12,070 nt of DNA from Candidatus Eiseniibacteriota bacterium (lineage in GTDB: Bacteria; Eisenbacteria; RBG-16-71-46; JABDJR01; JAWXBZ01), in the NCBI GenBank assembly GCA_034440375.1, contig JAWXBZ010000264.1, positions 1 to 12,070 on the forward strand, given 5' to 3'. How positions within the stretch are numbered: position 1 is the first letter of the stretch; every line of letters begins with the position of its first letter. Below are positions 1 through 6,837 of the stretch, piece by piece. A model generated the notes under the pieces. It did no database searches. It saw nothing but the letters and a program-made list of their open reading frames with translations, and was not told where the DNA came from. A program made the translations under genes and the position numbers.

Positions 1-1381
1 GCTCGGGGTCCGGCGCCAGGTAGAAGAGGTAGTCCCCGTCGGGGGAGAAGCAGAAGCTCTCCGGGGAGAGGGTCTGCGGCGGAAGCACTTCGACTTCGCT
101 CCCCGTGGCGATCTGCCGGACGTAGATGCGTTCGGCATCGAAGGGTCCGGCCAGGAAAGCCAGGTATCGCCCGTCCGGTGAAATGACCGGATCGTCCACG
201 TCGCTCCGGCTGGTGATGCTCGAGATTTTCAGTTCCGGCAGCGCCCCGCCACCCGAAGGCGCCTTGCGGAAGACCGATACCCCGAGGGTGGCAGCTGCGA
301 TCACCACCGCCGTCACGACGATCGGAATCCACGGAATCCGACGCGGCGGAGCCGCTCCACTTGTAACGGAGGGCGCGACGTTCGCGCCCGACCCTCCCGA
401 TGTCGGCGCGACCGTCGATCCCGAGCCGCCGCTGGCCGACGTGGCCGTGGCCGACAGGTTCTCATAGTCGTCGACGATCTCGCGCAATTCGATGGCCAGG
501 TCCTTCACCGATTGCAGCCGCTGGTCGGCACTCTTGGCCAGGCAGCGGCGGATGAGGCGGCGGAGTTCGGCCGGCACTTCCGGGTTCCGCTCCTCGATCG
601 GCGTCGGCGTGGCGTTCAGGATCTGGTGCATCGTTTCGATGCTCGATTCGGCCGCAAATGGGCGGCGGCGCGTGGCCGCCTCGTACAGGATGCAGCCGAG
701 CGAGAAGATGTCGGTGCGGGCATCGACTCCCTTGCCGCGGACCTGCTCGGGCGACATGTAGCCGACGGTGCCCAGCACGACACCTTCCGTCGTCCGGTTG
801 CCGATCTCGGTGGGCGCGGTGGATAGCGCCGCGTCCAGATCGACCTTCTCGGTCAGTTTGGCCAGGCCGAAGTCGAGCACCTTGGCGTAGCCGTCGTTGG
901 AAATCATGATGTTGCCCGGTTTCAGATCGCGGTGGACGATGCCCGCCGCGTGCGCCTTGGCCACCCCCTCGGCGGCCTGGGCCAGCCAGCCGAGAAGCGT
1001 CCTGAGATCCGTTTTCTCGTCGTGGATCTTGGCGGCCAACGTATCACCCGACACCAGCTCCATCGAGATGAAGTGCATCTGGGATCGGTTGGCCGAGTCG
1101 ACGCCATCACCCGCCCCCGACGACACCTCCCCTTCGCCGATCTCGTAGATGGTGACGATATTGGGGTGATTGAGCGAGGACGCCGAGCGGGCTTCCAGCA
1201 CGAATCGCCGGACGCGCTCCTCGCTGCGAACGAGCGACGGAGGAAGAACCTTGATGGCGACATCACGCTCGAGGCTCGCGTCGCGGGCACGGTACACCTC
1301 GCCCATGCCGCCCGCGCCGAGCGGACCGATGATTCGATAGCGGGAAAATTCATCTCCCGGTTGGAGCGTACGATTTACCAC
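1..1381 (-). CDS. Membrane-anchored Hanks-type Ser/Thr protein kinase with C-terminal PD40/TolB-like beta-propeller repeats (3' end beyond the left edge)
   Basis: Translated by hand; absent from the ORF track because there is no stop codon in the window. GTG at 1381-1379 preceded by AGGCGG gives MVNRTLQPGDEFSRYRIIGPLGAGGMGEVYRARD..VAIKVL..LNHPNIVTIYE..IVHRDLKPGNIM..KVLDFGLAK..GTVGYMSPEQ..DIFSLGCILYE, i.e. the standard kinase subdomain motifs. These are followed by a Ser/Gly linker, a TM helix (WIPIVVTAVVIAAATLGVSVF) and repeats DPVISPDGRYLAF / FCFSPDGDYLFY. Confidence 0.95.
   Translation of the reverse strand, partial: MVNRTLQPGDEFSRYRIIGPLGAGGMGEVYRARDASLERDVAIKVLPPSLVRSEERVRRFVLEARSASSLNHPNIVTIYEIGEGEVSSGAGDGVDSANRSQMHFISMELVSGDTLAAKIHDEKTDLRTLLGWLAQAAEGVAKAHAAGIVHRDLKPGNIMISNDGYAKVLDFGLAKLTEKVDLDAALSTAPTEIGNRTTEGVVLGTVGYMSPEQVRGKGVDARTDIFSLGCILYEAATRRRPFAAESSIETMHQILNATPTPIEERNPEVPAELRRLIRRCLAKSADQRLQSVKDLAIELREIVDDYENLSATATSASGGSGSTVAPTSGGSGANVAPSVTSGAAPPRRIPWIPIVVTAVVIAAATLGVSVFRKAPSGGGALPELKISSITSRSDVDDPVISPDGRYLAFLAGPFDAERIYVRQIATGSEVEVLPPQTLSPESFCFSPDGDYLFYLAPDPE
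368..433 (-). repeat. Degenerate 33-nt (11-codon) tandem duplication in the kinase juxtamembrane linker
   Basis: Encodes SGGSGSTVAPT / SGGSGANVAPS; ggcgcgac occurs at 372-379 and 405-412, a period of 33 nt. Confidence 0.7.
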
Positions 1382-1447
1382 GTGACCGCCTGGTGAAGGT
1401 GGCGCGAATCACCGCGCTGGAACGATTCGTTCGGGACAGGCCGGATT

Positions 1448-2527
1448 CTAAGCCGGGCCGCGGCCGCTCGCCACCCGCCGGCGGAGATTCTCGAAGGGTC
1501 CCTGCACCAGCAACTCCTCATGAGCAACCAGGCGACGTTCCGATTCGGGAAAGAGCCGCGACTCCTTTCCGGCCCGGACCTCGACGACCACACCGCCGAT
1601 CGTGCGGGCCACCTCGCCGACGGTAAGGCCGACCCACGCATGGCCGGCGCCGAGCGATTGCCGCTGCAGCACGATGAGCTGGTTGTTGATGACGAAGCTG
1701 TTGACGATGGATCGGTCCAGCGCGGCGGTGGCGAACGCGGGGGCCGAGATGGCCGATTGCGACATGGCCAGGTGGATGTCGAACCCTTCCTTGATCTTGT
1801 TGGCCAGGGACTGGTCGAACATCCGCAGCACGACCCGAATCGTCGGATTCAACCGCCGGGAATCGAGCGCCATCTCCATGTTGGCCAGGTCGTCATTGGT
1901 GGCCAGGATGATGCTGCGCGCCCGTGTAATGCCGGCCTCGATCAGGATGTCGTCCACACGGCCGTCGCCGATCAGAAAGGGTGTACCGCTCCGGCGCAGT
2001 TCATTGAGGAAGGAGGCGTCCGCCTTGGACTCGATGACGACCATCGGCTCGTCCAGTTGATTCAGGATCTGCCAGGTCCTGTAGCCCAGTCGGCCGAGAC
2101 CCACCAGGATGATGTGATCGGACAGTGAATCGGCCATGGCCTGGCACCAGCTCCTTTCGTAGTGGCGGCGGTCCCGCAGAACTCTCGCCAGATCGATGAT
2201 CCCCTCGATGACAATGGTCAGCCCGATGATCGGCACGAGGAAAAAGAGGGCCTGCAAGAACGGTGAACGGGGAAGTGCCTCCGCCGGCTGGCCGAAGACA
2301 AGACTCCAGGTCATGTAGATCGCCTCGATCGGCGAGTGGTCCTTTTCCGGCTCGAGCCGGATGAACAGGACGGCTCCAGTGGCCAGGAGGACCGTCATGA
2401 TCAGGAAACGCCAGCGAAGATGGCGGGCGAGGGCGGCCACGAAGCATCCTTCGCGCCAGCACCAGCGTCGAAGGCGCCGGTGCCGGGAGAGCGGGCGTGA
2501 GAACTCGTTGATGTGGCTGAGTGGCAT
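1448..2527 (-). CDS. Potassium-channel-family / TrkA-N (RCK) domain membrane protein: 2 TM + pore-like segment + NAD-binding RCK domain
   Basis: TM1 FLIMTVLLATGAVLFI; pore-helix-like SPIEAIYMTWSLVFGQP; TM2 LFFLVPIIGLTIVIEGII. RCK motifs DHIILVGLGRLG, IGDGR, AGITRARSIILATNDDLANMEMAL, PTIRVVLR. Degenerate RCK-C tail (WVGLTVGEV..LLVQG). Exact start codon uncertain. Confidence 0.85.
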   Translation of the reverse strand: MPLSHINEFSRPLSRHRRLRRWCWREGCFVAALARHLRWRFLIMTVLLATGAVLFIRLEPEKDHSPIEAIYMTWSLVFGQPAEALPRSPFLQALFFLVPIIGLTIVIEGIIDLARVLRDRRHYERSWCQAMADSLSDHIILVGLGRLGYRTWQILNQLDEPMVVIESKADASFLNELRRSGTPFLIGDGRVDDILIEAGITRARSIILATNDDLANMEMALDSRRLNPTIRVVLRMFDQSLANKIKEGFDIHLAMSQSAISAPAFATAALDRSIVNSFVINNQLIVLQRQSLGAGHAWVGLTVGEVARTIGGVVVEVRAGKESRLFPESERRLVAHEELLVQGPFENLRRRVASGRGPA

Positions 2528-2559
2528 CTCAGGTGCTCATCGGCGTGCGTAGAGCCGCG

Positions 2560-3336
2560 CTAGACGCCCATGATGTGATAGCCGGCGTCCACGTGGAGAG
2601 TTTCGCCCGTGACACCGCTCCCCAGATCCGAGAGAAGGAAGATAGCCGCCTTGCCGACTTCCTCGGCCGTCACGTTCCGGCCGAGTGGCGATTTATCACG
2701 CGCCTCGGAGAGCATGGACGTGAATCCTGATATGCCGCGGGCCGAGAGGGTGTTGATGGCGCCGGCCGAGATGGCATTGACGCGGATTCCCATGGAGCCA
2801 AGCTCGAAGGCCAGCTGCCGCACCGAGTGCTCAAGCGCGGCCTTGGCGCTTCCCATCACGTTGTAGTTCGGCACGACACGCTGACTGGCCAGGTAGGTGA
2901 GTGCCAGGATGGAGCCGTTGCGCCCCGCCATGAGGGGTGTGGCCAGGCGGGCCATGGGAAGGAGTGAGTAGGCGCTGATTTCGAGGGCCATCCGGTAGCC
3001 GTCACGGGTGGTGTCACGAAACGCACCCTCCAGATCCTCCTTCCGGGCGAAGGCGACGCTGTGAACGAGGTAGTCGAGATGGCCGAACGCGGCACCGACT
3101 TCGGCGAAGCCGCGGGCCATCGCCTCGTCGTCGGTCACATCGCACTCGAAAACAATGGAATCCGGGACCTGTGCCGCCAGTTTCGCGACGTTTTCCTTGA
3201 GTCGCTCCCCCTGGTAGCTGAAGGCCAGGCGGGCGCCGGCCTGCCCCAGTTGCTCGGCGATGGCCCAGGCCAGGCTCCGGTGATTGGCCACGCCGAAGAT
3301 GACGCCCGTGGTCCCGGTCAGGTCGATCGCCTTCAT
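2560..3336 (-). CDS. fabI: Enoyl-[acyl-carrier-protein] reductase (NADH)
   Basis: GVANHRSLAWAIA, LVHSVAFA, ISAYSL, LTYL, catalytic YNVMGSAKAALE, RVNAISAG, TGETLHVDAGYH; 258 aa; GGAGGGG RBS upstream. Confidence 0.96.
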   Translation of the reverse strand: MKAIDLTGTTGVIFGVANHRSLAWAIAEQLGQAGARLAFSYQGERLKENVAKLAAQVPDSIVFECDVTDDEAMARGFAEVGAAFGHLDYLVHSVAFARKEDLEGAFRDTTRDGYRMALEISAYSLLPMARLATPLMAGRNGSILALTYLASQRVVPNYNVMGSAKAALEHSVRQLAFELGSMGIRVNAISAGAINTLSARGISGFTSMLSEARDKSPLGRNVTAEEVGKAAIFLLSDLGSGVTGETLHVDAGYHIMGV

Positions 3337-3400
3337 GCCGTTTGCCCCTCCCCAGAAGTCGTTCCCCTCACCGCCGGCCGGCGGTTCGGGTAACCGGGGG

Positions 3401-3430
3401 AATATCCTTAATAAGTGGTCGGCGCGTCAA
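3401..3430 (-). promoter_or_regulatory. Candidate sigma70-type promoter for fabI
   Basis: Minus strand TTGACG (3430-3425), 18-nt spacer, GATATT (3406-3401), in an AT-rich patch about 65 nt upstream of the fabI start. The -10 matches consensus at only 4/6. Confidence 0.5.
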
Positions 3431-3440
3431 ACCGGGCCTA

Positions 3441-3494
3441 ACCTCCCCCCTGGGAACAATTTCGCGCACTGTTGTCCCGCCGGAGGGGGGAGGT
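3441..3494. repeat. Inverted repeat / stem-loop in the fabI-nadE divergent region
   Basis: Perfect 11-bp stem acctcccccct (3441-3451) / aggggggaggt (3484-3494), enclosing an inner stem ggga(a)caa (3452-3459) / ttgtccc (3472-3478). Confidence 0.7.
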
Positions 3495-3577
3495 GGAGGG
3501 ACGGAGGCCCCCTGACCCTGTGGGCGAAGGGATCTGACCTGACGTCGGGTGGAGTTCAGTCCTCAGGAACAAAACCT

Positions 3578-3606
3578 TTGTGCTGAAACAGTTTAGACCG
3601 TAGAAT
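3578..3606 (+). promoter_or_regulatory. Candidate sigma70-type promoter for the nadE block
   Basis: TTGTGC (3578-3583), 17-nt spacer, TAGAAT (3601-3606). GGAGG RBS at 3642-3646 precedes the TTG start at 3651. Confidence 0.7.
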
Positions 3607-3650
3607 AGTGAGCCGCGCCGTGTACATCCAAGGGATTCACCGGAGGTTTT

Positions 3651-5336
3651 TTGCGCGTTGCCCTCTGCCAGATCAATGCCGTCATTGCTGATTTTGAGGG
3701 CAACCGACAGCGCATCAACGATTGGGCCGGGCGCGCTGCGGCCGGCGGGGCCGAGATGGCCGTTTTCCCCGAGATGACGTTGACCGGCTATCCGCCGCGC
3801 GATCTCCTTGAGCGCCCCTCCTTCGTGCAGCGCTGCCGCGAGTCGTTGAAGCTCCTCATCGAGGATTCAAGGCGCTGGCCCGACCTGGGCCTCGTGGTCG
3901 GCGCCATCAGCGCCAATCCCGATGCGGGAAAGCCCCTTTTCAACGAGGCGTGGGTCATCCGGGGCGGCCAGGTGGTCTCCGTTCACCGCAAGACACTCCT
4001 TCCAAACTACGACGTCTTTGACGAGGATCGCTACTTCGAGCCGGCGTCGGCCATCGCGCTGTCGCGCCTGGAGCCCGAGGCTGTGGGCGTGACGATCTGT
4101 GAGGACATCTGGAATGACAAGCATTCCGGAAACAGCCGACGCTATCGCACCAACCCGGTCGAAACGATCGCGGCCGAAGGGGCGAGGCTCTTGGTCAATC
4201 TCTCCGCTTCCCCCTATTCGTGGGGAAAGGGGCGCTTGCGCCAGAAAATGCTCAGCCAGATCGCCGTTGAGCATGGCTTTCCGGTCGTTTACGTCAACCT
4301 GGTCGGCGGCAACGACAGCCTGATCTTCGACGGTCGCAGCCTTGCTGTGGCGGCCGACGGTACGCTCCTGGCGGTCGGGGCGGCCTTCGAGGAGGATCTC
4401 GTCCTCGTCGACCTTCCCGAACCGGGTGATCCGCCAATCCCTCATCATGACGCTGAGTCACGAATTTCGATCGAAGAGATGGAGGGAGCCCACAAGGCGC
4501 TGGTTCTGGGCCTCAAGGACTATGCCCGGAAGTGCGGTTTCACGAGCGCCGTTCTCGGCATCTCCGGGGGAATCGACTCGGCGGTGACGGCGGTACTGGC
4601 CGTTGATGCCCTCGGGGCGGAAAATGTCCACGCCGCATTCATGCCGACCCGCTACACCAGTGAACTCAGCCGTCGCGAGGCCGAGGCCATCGCGAAAAAT
4701 CTCGGCATCAGGCTCAAGACCATTTCGATCGACAACATCTTCGAACGCTACCTGGCAGACCTGTCGGAAGGGCTCGAAGGGCTGCCCGGCAACGCCACCG
4801 AGGAGAACATCCAGGCCCGAATTCGCGGAAACGTCCTCATGGCGTTGTCAAATCGCTTCGGTCATCTGGTTCTATCCACCGGCAACAAGTCCGAGATCGC
4901 CGTCGGCTACTGCACACTTTACGGCGACATGGTGGGCGGCCTGTGTGTCATCTCCGATCTGTACAAAACCGAAGTGTATCGCCTGGCCGAACACCTGAAC
5001 CGGCACGAAGAGCGAATTCCGGCTGGTACAATCAACCGGCCTCCATCGGCCGAGCTGAAACTGAATCAAAAGGATCAGGACACACTGCCCCCCTACGAGT
5101 TGCTGGACGGGATCCTGCGTCGGTTTGTGGACGAGAATCTGGACGAGGATGGCATTGTGGATCACGGGTACCAGCGGCCGATCGTCCGGGACGTGATTCG
5201 ACGGCTGGAAGTGAATGAATACAAGCGACAGCAGGCGGCGCCCGGGCTTCGGGTGTCGTGGAAGGCATTCGGAATGGGGCGTCGTTATCCCATCGCGCGG
5301 AAAATTCCGGTGGCAACAGGAGGGCCCGCAACATGA
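3651..5336 (+). CDS. nadE: Glutamine-dependent NAD+ synthetase (nitrilase-like glutaminase domain + NAD synthetase domain)
   Basis: Glutaminase triad motifs FPEM, RKTLLPNYDVFDE, TICEDIW and LSASPY. Synthetase motifs LGISGGIDS, ENIQARIRG, STGNKSE, GYCTLYGD, PPSAEL, DQDTLPPY, EYKRQQ. TTG start with GGAGG RBS. Confidence 0.97.
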   Translation: MRVALCQINAVIADFEGNRQRINDWAGRAAAGGAEMAVFPEMTLTGYPPRDLLERPSFVQRCRESLKLLIEDSRRWPDLGLVVGAISANPDAGKPLFNEAWVIRGGQVVSVHRKTLLPNYDVFDEDRYFEPASAIALSRLEPEAVGVTICEDIWNDKHSGNSRRYRTNPVETIAAEGARLLVNLSASPYSWGKGRLRQKMLSQIAVEHGFPVVYVNLVGGNDSLIFDGRSLAVAADGTLLAVGAAFEEDLVLVDLPEPGDPPIPHHDAESRISIEEMEGAHKALVLGLKDYARKCGFTSAVLGISGGIDSAVTAVLAVDALGAENVHAAFMPTRYTSELSRREAEAIAKNLGIRLKTISIDNIFERYLADLSEGLEGLPGNATEENIQARIRGNVLMALSNRFGHLVLSTGNKSEIAVGYCTLYGDMVGGLCVISDLYKTEVYRLAEHLNRHEERIPAGTINRPPSAELKLNQKDQDTLPPYELLDGILRRFVDENLDEDGIVDHGYQRPIVRDVIRRLEVNEYKRQQAAPGLRVSWKAFGMGRRYPIARKIPVATGGPAT

Positions 5337-6823
5337 ATCGGAAATTGCTAGTGGTGATGGCGGCTTTGGCGACCCTGGGCGGTTCGGCCGAGGCGGCCAA
5401 GGTTTCGCAGGTTTATATCAGCGAGGTTTCATACAACCCGGTGGGGCCGAACGGTGCCAACCAGAAGATCGAGCTGGTGAACCTGGGTGCCACGGTGCAG
5501 ACGCTTAACCCCTGGAGCATCTGCATCCAGTTCCTGTACAAGAATTTCCCGATTGGCGCCTCGATTCCAGCCGGTGGTCGCTACACGATTCATGTCAACA
5601 AGACCGGCGTGAACACCCCCACCGAGTGGTACACGGGCATTGCCTACGTGAATATCGATTCCACCAGCGACGGGATTTCGATGTACCACACGACGTCCGG
5701 ATTCGGCACGTTTGCCAACATCGAGGACTACGTTCAGTTCGGCGCGGGTGGCCAGCCGCGCGAAAACGTCGGCGTGGCGGCCGGATTCTGGACCGCCGGC
5801 ACCTTCGTGCCGCTGGGGCTGGAAGGACAGAGTGTCCAGTTTGTACCGGCCGGCATGCCGCCGGCCACGCGCCACCCGATCAGCGATTACTGCAACGCCC
5901 CGCCCACTCTCGGCACGGCCAACTCGTGCGGACCACCGCCCATGGGGACGCTGGACGACCTGCTGATCTCGGAGATTCTGCACAACCCGGTCGGGCCGGA
6001 GGCCGGCATGACCGCGGTCGAGGTAGTCAGTACGTCCAGCCTGCCGGTCAGCCTGGACGGCCTCACGCTCTCGACGCAGTCGACCTCCTTCACCGTTCCG
6101 AACGGTCTCACGGTCCCGGGAGGCGGTGTCATCCTCATCAACCTGAACGGCGGGGCCGGATCGCCCCGGCCGCTGGTCGGGCCCCGTGCCGCGGCGCCAC
6201 CGGAACTCCTGGCCGACCTCGTCATCGAAGCGACGCCGTACGTGGACCTCATCCCGGAAGCGGGAGCCCTCTCACTCTACCGGAACATTCTCGATTTCAA
6301 CGATCCGGCCAACATGGTCGACTTCCTGCAGTGGGGGGGTGGCGGGCAAGCGCTCGAAGACGTTGCGGTACAGAAGGGCATCTGGACAGCGGGCGAGTTC
6401 TTCCCCGAAGTTCTCGAAGGATCCAGCATCCAGTGGCGCGGCACCGGCGACGGGAACAGCCCGTCCGAATTTTACGCCGACACCCCGTCCCTCGGCACCG
6501 TGAACCCCGGCAGCAGTTCCGGGACCCCCGGTGTCCGGCCGGGTGGGGCCGTGCTGGCTGCCAACAGGCCCAATCCCTTCAACGGGACCACGCTGATCCG
6601 ATTCGTGACAACGCGCCCCGAGCCGGACGCCAGCCTCACGGTTTTTGATCTTTCCGGCCGGCCGATCCGTCGCCTGTTCGAGGGGGCTCTCGCCGTGGGC
6701 GTGGTTGAAATGTCGTGGGACAGCCGCGATGATTCCGGATCCATGGTGCCCGCCGGCATCTACTTTTATCGACTCAGGACGGCGGCCGGAACCAAATCGC
6801 GGAAGATGACCGTCTTCCGTTGA
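5333..6823 (+). CDS. Secreted protein (496 aa): signal peptide, two lamin-tail-domain-like repeats, C-terminal FlgD-Ig / T9SS-sorting-like domain
   Basis: Start moved from 5258 to ATG 5333: ATGA overlap with the nadE stop, AGGAGG upstream, and signal peptide MNRKLLVVMAALATLGGSAEA. Repeats begin VYISEVSYNPVG and LLISEILHNPVG. C-terminus ANRPNPFNGTTLIRF..LTVFDLSGRPIRRL..WDSRDDSG..VPAGIYFYRL..SRKMTVFR. Confidence 0.82.
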   Translation: MNRKLLVVMAALATLGGSAEAAKVSQVYISEVSYNPVGPNGANQKIELVNLGATVQTLNPWSICIQFLYKNFPIGASIPAGGRYTIHVNKTGVNTPTEWYTGIAYVNIDSTSDGISMYHTTSGFGTFANIEDYVQFGAGGQPRENVGVAAGFWTAGTFVPLGLEGQSVQFVPAGMPPATRHPISDYCNAPPTLGTANSCGPPPMGTLDDLLISEILHNPVGPEAGMTAVEVVSTSSLPVSLDGLTLSTQSTSFTVPNGLTVPGGGVILINLNGGAGSPRPLVGPRAAAPPELLADLVIEATPYVDLIPEAGALSLYRNILDFNDPANMVDFLQWGGGGQALEDVAVQKGIWTAGEFFPEVLEGSSIQWRGTGDGNSPSEFYADTPSLGTVNPGSSSGTPGVRPGGAVLAANRPNPFNGTTLIRFVTTRPEPDASLTVFDLSGRPIRRLFEGALAVGVVEMSWDSRDDSGSMVPAGIYFYRLRTAAGTKSRKMTVFR

Positions 6824-6837
6824 ACGGAGGACGATCG

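Noticed and set aside
126..1396. Several short ORFs on both strands, including 922-1353 (-)
   Set aside because: They are alternative frames of the kinase gene, whose true frame was omitted from the track because it has no stop codon in the window.
3284..3586. 100-aa ORF spanning the divergent intergenic region
   Set aside because: It overlaps the fabI start and both candidate promoters, is Gly/Pro-rich and has no recognisable motif or convincing RBS.
3441..3650. Known riboswitch, 6S RNA, tRNA or intrinsic terminator upstream of nadE
   Set aside because: No consensus that I recognise and no U-tract after the hairpins. The best promoter leaves only about 40 nt of leader. Kept only as unassigned structure pending cmscan.
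5258..5332. Upstream extension of the secreted protein in the ORF track
   Set aside because: It would overlap nadE by 79 nt and bury the signal peptide; ATG 5333 has an SD and an ATGA coupling.
5626..6648. 340-aa and 327-aa (7563-8546) out-of-frame plus-strand ORFs
   Set aside because: Arg/Gly-rich alternative frames of GC-rich genes, with no domain signal.
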